Shown here piece by piece: positions 10,685 to 20,211 of a stretch of DNA of 64,000 nt. This DNA comes from Pseudomonadota bacterium (GTDB lineage: Bacteria; Pseudomonadota; Alphaproteobacteria; G022571365), in NCBI GenBank assembly GCA_022571365.1, contig JACZXZ010000001.1, positions 38,720 to 102,719 on the forward strand, in the 5' to 3' direction. The translations under genes were made by a program, and so were the position numbers. The notes under the pieces are model-generated. The model saw only the letters and a list, made by a program, of their open reading frames with translations, was not told the DNA's origin and did not search any database. Numbering within the stretch: position 1 is the stretch's first letter; each line of letters begins with the position of its first letter.

Positions 10685-11230
10685 TTGCAGGCGCTCGCAT
10701 CATTCGTCCGCTTGGTGAGCCGGATCAACGACGCCGTGGGCCGGGGTGTCGCGTGGCTGGTGCTCGCCATGGTGCTGCTGACCTTCCTGGTGGTGATCCT
10801 GCGCTATGGGTTTGCGCTCGGCTGGGTGTGGATGCAGGAGTTTTACGTCTGGCTGCACGGCATCGTGTTTATGATCGGCGCCGGCTATACCCTGCTCCAT
10901 GATGGCCACGTGCGGGTCGACGTGTTTTACCGGGCCAAAGGCCCCCGCTTTCGAGCCTGGGTCGACCTCTTGGGCGCGCTGCTGCTCCTGCTGCCGTTCA
11001 CCCTGGCGATCGCATTTGTGAGCTGGCCTTACGTCCTCGATTCCTGGCTCAGACTCGAGGACTCTTACGAGGCCGGTGGCATGCCCGCGCTGTTCCTGCT
11101 GAAAACGGTGATCCTGGGCTTCTGCGTCGTGATCGGGATGCAGGGGTTATCGCTGGTGGCGCGCAGCCTGTTGATCCTGGCCGGCCACCGGGAATTCGAG
11201 CCCGGGAGGGAAGGGCGCGAAGCCCTGTAG
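10685..11230 (+). CDS. TRAP transporter small permease (DctQ-like)
   Basis: Four TM segments, GHVRVDVFY motif; TTG start after GGGAG (start inferred). Confidence 0.88.
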   Translation: MQALASFVRLVSRINDAVGRGVAWLVLAMVLLTFLVVILRYGFALGWVWMQEFYVWLHGIVFMIGAGYTLLHDGHVRVDVFYRAKGPRFRAWVDLLGALLLLLPFTLAIAFVSWPYVLDSWLRLEDSYEAGGMPALFLLKTVILGFCVVIGMQGLSLVARSLLILAGHREFEPGREGREAL

Positions 11231-11232
11231 CA

Positions 11233-12795
11233 ATGGGTCCAGAGTTCCTCAGCCTGCTGATGTTCCTCGTCACCTGCGGCGTGCTGCTGTTGGGGTTTCC
11301 CGTCGCGTTTTCGCTGGCCGGGACCGCGCTCATCTTTGCCGGCATCGGCACCCTTTTCGGTGTTTTCGACCTCCCCCTCCTGGGCGGCCTGGGGTCGCGC
11401 TATTTCGGCGTCATGGTCAACCAGGTTCTGGTCGCGGTGCCGCTGTTCGTGTTCATGGGGGTCATGCTCGAACGCTCGAAGGTGGCCGCGCAGCTGCTGG
11501 AGACCATGGGCCTTTTGTTCGGCTCGGTAAGGGGCGGGCTTGGGTTGTCGGTGATCTTCGTCGGTATGCTGCTGGCGGCCTCGACCGGCATCGTCGGCGC
11601 CGCGGTGGTGACCATGGGCTTGCTGAGCCTGCCGACCATGATGAAGGCGGGCTACGATCCCAAACTCGCCTGCGGCATCATCTGCGCCTCGGGCACCCTT
11701 GGCCAGATCATCCCGCCGTCGATCGTCCTGGTGTTGTTGGCAAGTATCCTGCAGGGCGCGAACACCAAGGCGCAGCTGGCTCTGGGCAATTTTGCCCCGA
11801 AGCCCGTCTCGGTCGTCGATTTGTTCGCCGGCGCCTTCATCCCCGGCCTGCTCCTGGTGGTCCTTTATATGGCCTGGGTTCTTTTCGTGGCCGCGACCCG
11901 CCCCGACGCCTGCCCGGCGATCCGGGATGCCGGTGAACACGGTGCGCTCGGGCCGCGGGTCCTGCGCGTGCTGGTGCCGCCCATAATCCTGATGCTGGCG
12001 GTCTTGGGCTCGATCATCGTCGGCGCCGCTACGCCGACCGAAGCGGCCGCGGTCGGCTCGGTCGGCGCGCTGCTGCTCGCCGGCCAGCGCCTCGATGAAC
12101 GGCGCGCCCTGCCGATCTACCTCGCCGGCGCCTGCCTGGGTATGATCGTCCTGCTCTCGACCTTCTTCGACCTGCGCGTCCAGAAGGCGAACCTGCCCCT
12201 GGACGATCTGCTGGCGCTCATCGCTGTCGCGGGGTGTTGCGGGGGTCTCGTTTGGGGCATGAGTGTCAGCCTGATTCGAGTCCACCGGACCAGAATTCTG
12301 CACGACGTGATGCAGTCGACCTTGAAAATCTCGTCGATGGTTTTCGTCATTCTGCTCGGCGCCTCGATGTTCTCGCTGGTGTTTCGTGGGTTCGGCGGCG
12401 ACGAGCTGGTTGGAGCGTTTCTCCAAGACCTGCCGGGCGGCGTGTTTGGCGCCATGGTCGTGGTCATGGTCGTGATGTTCTTGCTAGGCTTCTTCCTCGA
12501 CTTCATCGAGATCATGTTTGTGGTGGTGCCGATCGTCGGGCCGATCCTGCTCACCATGGGGCTCGACCCGATCTGGCTGGGCGTCATGATCGGTATCAAC
12601 CTGCAGACCAGTTTTCTGACGCCGCCCTTTGGCTTCGCCCTGTTCTATCTACGCGGGGTCGCCCCGGCCGCGATCAAGACCACGGATATCTACCGGGGCA
12701 TCGTTCCGTTCGTCGTCATCCAGTTGCTCGCGCTGGGCGTGGTGGCGATGTTTCCGGGGTTTGCCACCTGGCTGCCCAAGGCCCTTTTCGGCTAG
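11233..12795 (+). CDS. TRAP transporter large permease (DctM-like)
   Basis: GFPVAFSL, SGTLGQIIPPS, TPTEAAAVG, QTSFLTPPFGFALFYLRGVAP. Confidence 0.93.
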   Translation: MGPEFLSLLMFLVTCGVLLLGFPVAFSLAGTALIFAGIGTLFGVFDLPLLGGLGSRYFGVMVNQVLVAVPLFVFMGVMLERSKVAAQLLETMGLLFGSVRGGLGLSVIFVGMLLAASTGIVGAAVVTMGLLSLPTMMKAGYDPKLACGIICASGTLGQIIPPSIVLVLLASILQGANTKAQLALGNFAPKPVSVVDLFAGAFIPGLLLVVLYMAWVLFVAATRPDACPAIRDAGEHGALGPRVLRVLVPPIILMLAVLGSIIVGAATPTEAAAVGSVGALLLAGQRLDERRALPIYLAGACLGMIVLLSTFFDLRVQKANLPLDDLLALIAVAGCCGGLVWGMSVSLIRVHRTRILHDVMQSTLKISSMVFVILLGASMFSLVFRGFGGDELVGAFLQDLPGGVFGAMVVVMVVMFLLGFFLDFIEIMFVVVPIVGPILLTMGLDPIWLGVMIGINLQTSFLTPPFGFALFYLRGVAPAAIKTTDIYRGIVPFVVIQLLALGVVAMFPGFATWLPKALFG

Positions 12796-12876
12796 CAGCG
12801 CGGCGCTTGACGAAAATCGGCGAGGGATATTCCCCCGCCGTCGGGACAGCCGCCTTGGTGCGTGCCGGGGCAAGCC

Positions 12877-13989
12877 TTATCCGGTCGACGGCTCCGCGTA
12901 TTTGAAGGGCAGGCCGCGCGCCGCCAAGTAAGCCTGTTCCGACGTCTTGGACCAAGCGATCGCGTCCTTGCGGAAATTGAGCGCGCTGTCGAAGACTTCG
13001 CGGCTCAACCGGTCCCGGGACGCAAGGTCGTTCAGGACCTGGCCGGCCAGCTCGCCGAGACCGTACAAAATCTCGTTGCTGAAACGCCTGAGCTGGACGT
13101 TGTGCTGCGTGAGCAACACCAGCAACGCGGTGTTGTTGCGGGCGATGAACTCGCCCAGCACAAGGTGGTTCACCGCCGCGTTGGCGGCTTCGATAAGCGC
13201 CTTCAGATCGCCCGGCAAGGCCTCCCACTTCTTGATGTTGATGAAGTTATCGAGGCAGGTCGCCGGTTCCTGCCAGCCTGGGTAGTAGTAGAACTTGGCG
13301 CTTTTGTAGAGACCGAAGGCGAGATCGTTGTAAGGGCCGACCCACTCGGTCGCGTCGATCGCGCCTGACTGAAGCGCGGGCTGGATCTCGGCACCCGGCA
13401 GGTTGACCACGTTGCCGCCGGCGGCCTTGACCACCTCGCCCCCCAGTCCCGGAATGCGCATCTTCAGGCCCTGATAGTCGTCGAGCGAGTTCATCTCCTT
13501 GTTGAACCAGCCGCCCATTTGGACCCCGCTATTGCCGCTGGCGAAGAACTTGCAGCCAAGCTCGCCATAGACCTTGTCGGCGAGCTCCTGGCCGCCGCCA
13601 TACTGGATCCAGGCGTTAAGCTCTTGCGCCGTCATGCCGAACGGTCCCGAGGGGATGAACTGCGTCGCGGGAACCTTGCCTTTCCAATAGTATGGCGCGC
13701 CATGACCCATTTCGACGGTGCCGCCAGAGACCGCGTCCATGGCTTCGAACGCCGGGACGATTTCACCCGCGCCGCGAACCTTGACGGTCAGGCGACCCCC
13801 CGAACCGCGGGTGATGAAATCGGCGAGCAGGTTGGCGCCGGTGCCCAGGCCGGGAAAGTTCATCGGCCAGGTGGTGACCATCGTCCATTCCATCAGACCC
13901 TGGGAGATGGCGGGCTTGGGAAAGCTGGCGGCAGCGGTGGCCGCGGCGACGGCGCCGGTCGCCCGCTGCAAGAACGAACGGCGTTTCAT
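12877..13989 (-). CDS. TRAP substrate-binding protein (DctP/TakP-like) with Tat signal
   Basis: MKRRSFL twin-arginine signal, GLKMRIPGLGG, EWVGPYND. Confidence 0.92.
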   Translation of the reverse strand: MKRRSFLQRATGAVAAATAAASFPKPAISQGLMEWTMVTTWPMNFPGLGTGANLLADFITRGSGGRLTVKVRGAGEIVPAFEAMDAVSGGTVEMGHGAPYYWKGKVPATQFIPSGPFGMTAQELNAWIQYGGGQELADKVYGELGCKFFASGNSGVQMGGWFNKEMNSLDDYQGLKMRIPGLGGEVVKAAGGNVVNLPGAEIQPALQSGAIDATEWVGPYNDLAFGLYKSAKFYYYPGWQEPATCLDNFINIKKWEALPGDLKALIEAANAAVNHLVLGEFIARNNTALLVLLTQHNVQLRRFSNEILYGLGELAGQVLNDLASRDRLSREVFDSALNFRKDAIAWSKTSEQAYLAARGLPFKYAEPSTG

Positions 13990-14097
13990 GTTTCTTCCCC
14001 TGATGCGTTTCATGTCCACGAGGTCTCCCGATTAAATTCCTGGCGGATCGATACCCTCCGCCGGCAAGCAGCCACCTCGCCAAAGGTTGGCAGGTGG

Positions 14098-14148
14098 CCA
14101 ACTGTCAGTGAACGACCAACTGTCGGTAAATAGCCCGCTGTCGGTAAA
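14098..14148. repeat. three direct repeats at 18-bp period upstream of the TRAP SBP gene
   Basis: ctgtc(a/g)gt(g/a)aa starting at 14102, 14120 and 14138. Confidence 0.75.
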
Positions 14149-14221
14149 CATCGAGGATTATAGTTGCCCGCCGATGCGGCGCAACAAATCGTCCCATCGG
14201 CCTTGCGGCACGGGTGCCGTA

Positions 14222-14956
14222 TCAAACCTCTAGCAGCCGCCAGCCGTCTCCTCCGAGTGCCTGAAGCGGCTGGAAGCGGACCTTGTAGGCCATCTTGGGA
14301 CTGGCTTGGATCCAGTAGCCGAGATAGACGAACGAGAGGCCCTCGGCCTGCGCCTGCCGGATCAGCTGTAGCACCGTGAACGTCCCGAGGCTGCGTTTCG
14401 TCACGGCCGGGTCGAAGCAGCTGTAGACTGCCGAAAGGCTATCCGGCAGCCGGTCGTTGAGAGAGGTGGCGACCAGCTCGCCCAAGGGGCTGCGGAATTC
14501 GGTGATGAAGGTGTCGACCGGGCTGTCCTCGACCATGGCCTGATAGTCGGCGAAGCTCATCGCCGACATTCCACCGCCGTTGTGGCGCGACCGCTGGTAG
14601 CGCGCGAACAGCCGGTATTGTTCCGCCGTCGCTCGGGCCGCCAGCTCGCGGACCGCGAGGTCGGCATTGGCGTTCAAGACCCGGCGCAGGGATCGGCTCG
14701 GGGCGAACTCCCGGACCACGACCCGGACCGGCACGCAGGCGCGGCAGCTCGGACAGAGCGGCCGGTAGACGATGTGGTGGCTGCGGCGAAAGCCGGCCTG
14801 GGACAAGGCGTCGTAGACTTGAGCGGACTCGGGGCCGGTGAGATCGGTGAAGATGTCCCGCTCGACACGGTCGGCCAAATAGGGGCAGCGCCTGGGCGCC
14901 GTGCGGTAGAACCGGCGCGGTATTTTTGCGGTTTGTGGGCTTGAGGAGGACAACAT
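14222..14956 (-). CDS. aminoacyl-tRNA-protein transferase (ATE1-like/Bpt)
   Basis: CPYLADRVER, GFRRSH, CPSCRAC, LSAVYS, YLGYWI, KMAYK. Confidence 0.92.
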   Translation of the reverse strand: MLSSSSPQTAKIPRRFYRTAPRRCPYLADRVERDIFTDLTGPESAQVYDALSQAGFRRSHHIVYRPLCPSCRACVPVRVVVREFAPSRSLRRVLNANADLAVRELAARATAEQYRLFARYQRSRHNGGGMSAMSFADYQAMVEDSPVDTFITEFRSPLGELVATSLNDRLPDSLSAVYSCFDPAVTKRSLGTFTVLQLIRQAQAEGLSFVYLGYWIQASPKMAYKVRFQPLQALGGDGWRLLEV

Positions 14957-15037
14957 CGCCTTCGCCCTTGAAATCCCTGGAGGTGGCCGGCGGCAAGTCA
15001 TGCCTGACTGTCTCGGAATCGGTGCCGGCCGCCTGTC

Positions 15038-15069
15038 ATTTCCGGTCAAGGAAATTTCCGGTCAAGGAA
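15038..15069. repeat. perfect 16-bp tandem duplication
   Basis: atttccggtcaaggaa x2. Confidence 0.9.
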
Positions 15070-15267
15070 GCCGTGTAGCCCCTTGCGCGCGAGCCTGTCA
15101 ATGGATTGGCGCCGGGACCGGCGCTTGGAGCCGGCTACCCCCACGCCGGACCAGGCTGGAACCACCTCCCAGGACCGAATTGAGGTCGCCCGCCCATTCG
15201 CCGCTCGCCGATGGCGTTGCGGCTGGGGGAGGCATCGAACAGCGCGCAGGGTGTCCACCCGGCCGGT

Positions 15268-17091
15268 TCACCGTCGCCGCCGCTTGAGCACGTACATGCG
15301 CATCAGGCCATAGCCCTTGGCGGCGGGCATGTGGCCGACGTACTCGCAGGTGAGCGACGCATCGCCGTCCAGCGCCAGGCCTGCCGCGAACGGCTCGGTG
15401 ACGTAGACGTTGCCTTCGGGCGTGGCGGGCTCGAGGCGCGCCGTGCGGGTGACGTGGCTGCCGAAGTAACCCGAATCCTTGACCACGTAGTCATAGCCCT
15501 CGAACACCGGTCCGACATGGGCGCCGACGCGCAGCGCCAGATGCGCCGGCAGGCCGAGCGCCTTCAGGTCGATAACCCCCATCGCCGCTTGCAGATCGAG
15601 CGCCAACTGCGCCGCGACCGGCGCGTCGCTGGCCACCACGAACAGCCCGTCGCCCCAGGTATTGCGGTACAGGACGTCCGAGCCATAGCGGTCGAGAACC
15701 GCGCCCAGGCTGCCCATCACCTCCTTGTGAAACACCGGAAGCTGAGGTTCGCGCAGTTTGCTGAATCCTTTGAAGTCGCTGAACAGCATCGCGCGGATCG
15801 CTCGCTCGTGCTCGGAAAAGCCGGGCGATGCCACCGGTTGTCGCACGGTCCGACGGACGGCCCTCACGGCCGCTGCGGTGGGGGCTGCCACGTCGATGAC
15901 GTGGGATCTCATGCCGATGCTGCGCCAAAACGCCACGTCGGTCGCGGTACCTCCCTCACCGCCGGCCTCTTTGCCGTCCCAGACGGCCGCCTGTTCGACC
16001 TCCGCGTCGAGGAAGGTGGCGCGGAGCAGCGCGAGTCCCATGGCCAACCGCGCGGCGTAGGTGAACAGCAGGTCGTCGCCCATGTAGCTGTCCTCGGTGG
16101 CGTAAGTGATCGAGGTTGCCTTGGCCAGGCAGTCGTCGAAGCGCCGGCTCCAGCCAGGACCGCCCGGCTTGACCGAGATGCGTTTGAACTCGTCCTTGTC
16201 GAATGGCAGGACCACGTGAAGTTCCGCGCTACTCGACAGCAGCGTTTCGGCGAACAGGATGTCGGCGCCGCAAGCCAGTGAGCCATAGCCAAATCCGACC
16301 GACCCCTCATCCAGATGGGCCGCGATTCGCTGCGCCACCGGGTGCTCTGATTCGGCGGGAAAGCGCCCGGGCGCGCCTGGCGCCGAGATCATGTGCCCCA
16401 GGAAGGTGATGACTCGCGGCGGCGTGAGCGGCGCCAGAATTGCCGGGTCGATGGCTCTCTCCGCACAAATGAGGCGCAGTTGCCGGCGCGTTGTCGCGAG
16501 CGCAGCGTAGTCGCCGCCATGGGCTGCCGCTGCCCGCTCCAGGGCGGCGCCGGCATTGTCCAGGTCATCGAGCAGCAGCGCGGCCTCCGCCTCCGTGGCG
16601 GCCCGGTAGTAGGCCTTTCCAGGATCAGCGAGGCTGGTCCTCGATAAGGCGTCCAGCACCCTGCGGGCGAGATCGGTGGCTCGTGCCGGCTTGCCGGCGA
16701 GCAGCCACATGGTCGCCGCGTTGACGCCCGGGTAATAGTCGCCCGTGCGGTCGAAAACCACCTCGTAGAGGCCGGCGGTAATCACTGCGCGCGATGCCCG
16801 CTCAGCCCCTTCGGCCTCCAGCGCGTAGTCCTTTTCCAGTCGGGCGCCCAGCGCGGAAATGTCCACTTCCGGCCGCCCGGCTAGGCCGTATTCGTCAAAC
16901 CGCGCCCGCGCCTGCTCCGTCGCCCCGCTTCGCGCCAGAGTCCGCACCGCGAGATACCTCAGCCCCAGGTGATCCGGGTGAGCCTCCAGGCCTCTGTTGG
17001 CAAGATCGTAAGCGGTAAGGAAATCGCCCGCGCGCTCGACGCCTTCGACCTTAGCGACCCACTCTTCGGCGGAGAACGTCTGCTCAAGCAT
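15268..17091 (-). CDS. TPR (TPR-S/DUF4071-like) + SLOG-like + class III nucleotide cyclase protein
   Basis: N-terminal helical repeats with DYYPGVNAAT and YYRAATEAEA; middle FLGHMI..GYGSLACGADILFAE..HVVLPF; C-terminal MLFSDFKGFS, NTWGDG, LRVGAHVGPV, HVTRTARLEP. Confidence 0.8.
   Translation of the reverse strand: MLEQTFSAEEWVAKVEGVERAGDFLTAYDLANRGLEAHPDHLGLRYLAVRTLARSGATEQARARFDEYGLAGRPEVDISALGARLEKDYALEAEGAERASRAVITAGLYEVVFDRTGDYYPGVNAATMWLLAGKPARATDLARRVLDALSRTSLADPGKAYYRAATEAEAALLLDDLDNAGAALERAAAAHGGDYAALATTRRQLRLICAERAIDPAILAPLTPPRVITFLGHMISAPGAPGRFPAESEHPVAQRIAAHLDEGSVGFGYGSLACGADILFAETLLSSSAELHVVLPFDKDEFKRISVKPGGPGWSRRFDDCLAKATSITYATEDSYMGDDLLFTYAARLAMGLALLRATFLDAEVEQAAVWDGKEAGGEGGTATDVAFWRSIGMRSHVIDVAAPTAAAVRAVRRTVRQPVASPGFSEHERAIRAMLFSDFKGFSKLREPQLPVFHKEVMGSLGAVLDRYGSDVLYRNTWGDGLFVVASDAPVAAQLALDLQAAMGVIDLKALGLPAHLALRVGAHVGPVFEGYDYVVKDSGYFGSHVTRTARLEPATPEGNVYVTEPFAAGLALDGDASLTCEYVGHMPAAKGYGLMRMYVLKRRRR
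15567..15603 (+). repeat. 37-bp direct repeat, copy 1 (inside the cyclase domain)
   Basis: 35/37 identical to 20212-20248. Confidence 0.9.
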
Positions 17092-17392
17092 GGATGGCTC
17101 CTGTGGGCGGCTGACCGAAGCCGCCGCAACATCGCCTCAAGGCAGGGATCATAGCGCGGGCATCGGCTGGCGCAATCGGCCGTGGCGCGCCGGTGTTTTC
17201 GAACCCCGCGACGGAGTCGTTACACACCTATGCTGCCGGCTTGGCCGGTGCCTTGAAGCGAGGGGCGGGTCCCCTCAGACGAGCCTACGCGCAGCCCGCT
17301 GCCGATCCGGCTCGTCGATGACGACTTGAGGCGTGTCATGTCGGGCCTCGCGTTGTAGGCTTGTCGGCGTCCATTTTTAAGGGGGATCAGTC

Positions 17393-18091
17393 ATGCGCCG
17401 TCGGTCCGCCGCCCTGTTCGTGCCTGTGCTGCTTCTATGGCCAACCGCTGACTTCGGCCCCTCCGACATGTTGACCGTCCCGGCAATCCTTGCGGCGGAA
17501 ACATGCACCGGGTTTGCCTGTCCTGAGCTTGCGGGTCACGTGTGGCAGGTGCCTTCTGGGATCGGCAGCGAAGAGGAAAGCAGTGACAGCATCGATGCCG
17601 ACGGGGACGGGGTTCCCGACGATCGGGACCAATGCGTTGGGGCGATTCCCGGAGCGAGCGGCGCGGATGCGACCGGGTGCCCGACGGATTTTGACCCTTA
17701 TGCCAAACTGAGTTTTCAAGACGACAAGCAGAGACGTTGGTACCGGCGGTTCTGGACGGGCGATTGCGACAACCTCAGCTTCTTCACCTGCCTGCCGGGC
17801 AGGCCGTACTGGTACGATGTCCTCAAGCGGGCCCTGGCCAATGTGCCGGCGGGTGATTTGGGCCGCCTGACGAACCGGCTGTGGTCCCTGGGCCGCCTGA
17901 TCGGCTATGAATGGGCCAAGGAAAACGATATCCGCAGGATAGACACGGACGATCTGCAAGTCTGGAGCGGGGCCTTGACCACTGCCAGCGACCTGGACAG
18001 GACCATCGACCGGATCAAAGCGGAGGCGATGGAGAAGTTGAGCGCCCCGACCGGGATCGGCGGCGCGGATGGTAACCTCGACCAGAGTTAG
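17393..18091 (+). CDS. secreted hypothetical protein with a thrombospondin type-3-like Ca-binding repeat
   Basis: Signal-like N-terminus; DADGDGVPDDRDQC..DATGCP resembles the OprF/OmpA Cys linker; GGGGGA RBS. Confidence 0.75.
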   Translation: MRRRSAALFVPVLLLWPTADFGPSDMLTVPAILAAETCTGFACPELAGHVWQVPSGIGSEEESSDSIDADGDGVPDDRDQCVGAIPGASGADATGCPTDFDPYAKLSFQDDKQRRWYRRFWTGDCDNLSFFTCLPGRPYWYDVLKRALANVPAGDLGRLTNRLWSLGRLIGYEWAKENDIRRIDTDDLQVWSGALTTASDLDRTIDRIKAEAMEKLSAPTGIGGADGNLDQS

Positions 18092-18259
18092 CTGACGTGA
18101 CTGGGAAAGCGAGATAGGGCGCACTCGCCCCGGCCGCTTTCACCTCAAGCGGGAGCGAACATGAAACCGTGGCGTCGCAAGCATCGGGTGTCGAATCGAG
18201 TGGCGCCGGGGGACGCCGAGCATCCGCGCGGTCCATGAGCTTTGAAACAAGAGCTGCGC

Positions 18260-20086
18260 CTAGCGCGTTTGAAACAGCTTGGTTAGCGCGAGGATGATCA
18301 TGACGGCGATGAACAGAAGGCCGAGCCGGTAAAAGATAAGGCAGCCGAATGCGAATATCAGAAAAGCGATAAGGTGATTGAGGCGCGGCCATTTCATCGG
18401 CCAGAAATCCATGTCGTCCAGACGATCCAGGCATTCTTCTCTGGAAAGTTTCGTCAGATGGGAAATGTCCGCCCCCTCGCTTTCCAGGTAGGACCGCAGT
18501 TCGTTTCGGCTTTGCCGGGCGGCGAAGTTGAGAACGTAGACGGGCCCGAACAAAACCATCAGGGCCAGAACAAAACCAAGGAAAATGGCCATCGCACTGG
18601 TGAAATTACCGGCGCCGCCGACTGTAAACAGGGTCGCCGCCAGCCGGGACAGGCCCGGCCAAGACACGCCTGCGGCGAAGAGGAAATCGAAGGCGGCTTT
18701 GATTTCGCCAAAAGAGAACTCGAGAATATCCGGTGCGTCGGTTCGCAAGTACAGATTTTGAATATGCATCATGTAGAAAATGAAAAATACGATCATGGAT
18801 ACGTAGGAAGAATTCTTGAAAAATAGCTGAAAGGCCTGAAATCCACGTCGAGTGTCGTTCGAATTCACGTCTGGAATCAGACGAACAACTTTGCTTTGTC
18901 TTGCATATCTATAGATCATGTTCGAGAGCGCAAAGAGGAAGGCGTAGAAACTCAGAATTATCGCAAGGCTCATCCCCTGGGCCAGGTAGGCAGCCAGACT
19001 GAATAAGGCGTTCGCGGTGGGTGACACCTCTCTGCCGGGGGCGGTGAGCAACGCCGCGACTGACCAGTCCATTTCGTCGAAACCAGGTGGAAACGCGCCG
19101 TCCATAAGCGGGCCGCCGGTCATGAAGTACCATTCGGTCATGCACTGCGCGAATGAGATGAGAGACAACAGCAGCGCCCATTTGGCGCTGTTGTTCACGA
19201 CGTTCCGCCAATCCCGAAAGATCGTCTCTTCGCTGACCGGCCGCCACTGCTGGCCAACCACCATATTGTGGCGGACGAGCTGGTGCAGCACGGTCTCCAC
19301 GTTTTGAAAGGTGACCAGCATCAAGAAGATGATGGCGGGAAACGCCGCGACATAGGTCACTGACCAATTGATCGCCCAGACAAAACCTATCTCCTTGCGG
19401 AAAGGGCTGCCGTCATCGGCGGTCAGCTCAGCCGGATAGAATGCGACGCCAACCAGGAAGCTTGCCACGACAAGGAGGAAGCCAAGCAGGATCGCACCGA
19501 AAAAAACGAACTGGGGCGAAACCTCCTGAGCTCGCCAGACCAGCTTCGCGATCTTGCTGGCCGCCTTGGCAATGGGCCGCTCCGTGGCAATGCGGTCGGC
19601 TTCGGCGATTTCCTGCTGGAAGCGGTCTTCCGCCTGAGGCTGGGATTCCTTGGGCGGCGCGTCTCGCTCGACCTCAGCTTCAGCCTTCCCCGAGGGACGG
19701 CTTATGATCCTTTCGACCGTCGCCAGGAATCGCAGGAATTCGGGATGGTGCAGGTTCTCGTGCCAGTCGGCCAGGCGCGCCGCCTGTATCGGCCTGAAGG
19801 CGAGGGGAATTGGGATGTCGTCGATGAGAACCGGGACGAGGATGTCCCGGTTTGCGGCTTCATTTGCTTCCGCCTTTATCCAGCGTGAGGTCACCGAGTA
19901 CTTGGACCATACAACGATGACGCAACTTGCGGCGTTCAATGCCGCCTCGATAACCTCGTCGTACGATTTGCCGGGGGGAATTTCCTTGTCCCACCAGACG
20001 GACCAACCGTTCTGTTCGAGGGCTTCCACGAGTACCTGCACCCGCGGCTGGTCCTGGCTGGCGTAGCTGATAAAGATGTCGCTCAT
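18260..20086 (-). CDS. TIR domain fused to a multipass membrane domain
   Basis: DIFISYA, WSVWWD, VIVVWS, WIKAEA (catalytic Glu position); about 8 hydrophobic segments C-terminally; AT-richer sequence. Confidence 0.88.
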   Translation of the reverse strand: MSDIFISYASQDQPRVQVLVEALEQNGWSVWWDKEIPPGKSYDEVIEAALNAASCVIVVWSKYSVTSRWIKAEANEAANRDILVPVLIDDIPIPLAFRPIQAARLADWHENLHHPEFLRFLATVERIISRPSGKAEAEVERDAPPKESQPQAEDRFQQEIAEADRIATERPIAKAASKIAKLVWRAQEVSPQFVFFGAILLGFLLVVASFLVGVAFYPAELTADDGSPFRKEIGFVWAINWSVTYVAAFPAIIFLMLVTFQNVETVLHQLVRHNMVVGQQWRPVSEETIFRDWRNVVNNSAKWALLLSLISFAQCMTEWYFMTGGPLMDGAFPPGFDEMDWSVAALLTAPGREVSPTANALFSLAAYLAQGMSLAIILSFYAFLFALSNMIYRYARQSKVVRLIPDVNSNDTRRGFQAFQLFFKNSSYVSMIVFFIFYMMHIQNLYLRTDAPDILEFSFGEIKAAFDFLFAAGVSWPGLSRLAATLFTVGGAGNFTSAMAIFLGFVLALMVLFGPVYVLNFAARQSRNELRSYLESEGADISHLTKLSREECLDRLDDMDFWPMKWPRLNHLIAFLIFAFGCLIFYRLGLLFIAVMIILALTKLFQTR

Positions 20087-20211
20087 ATGCCTTCGTGGCC
20101 TGATCGACGAGCCGCGAGGCTTGGCGTGCCGGATTTGCGGCCGCCGCTCGAAAGCGCGGATCAGGGATAGTCAGACTTTCTCTTTACTCTGTCGAGGGTT
20201 TGATTCCCACG

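Noticed and set aside
14098-14148. CRISPR array from the short repeat clusters (also 8201 and 63801)
   Set aside because: Units are too short, there are no unique spacers, and no cas genes are present.
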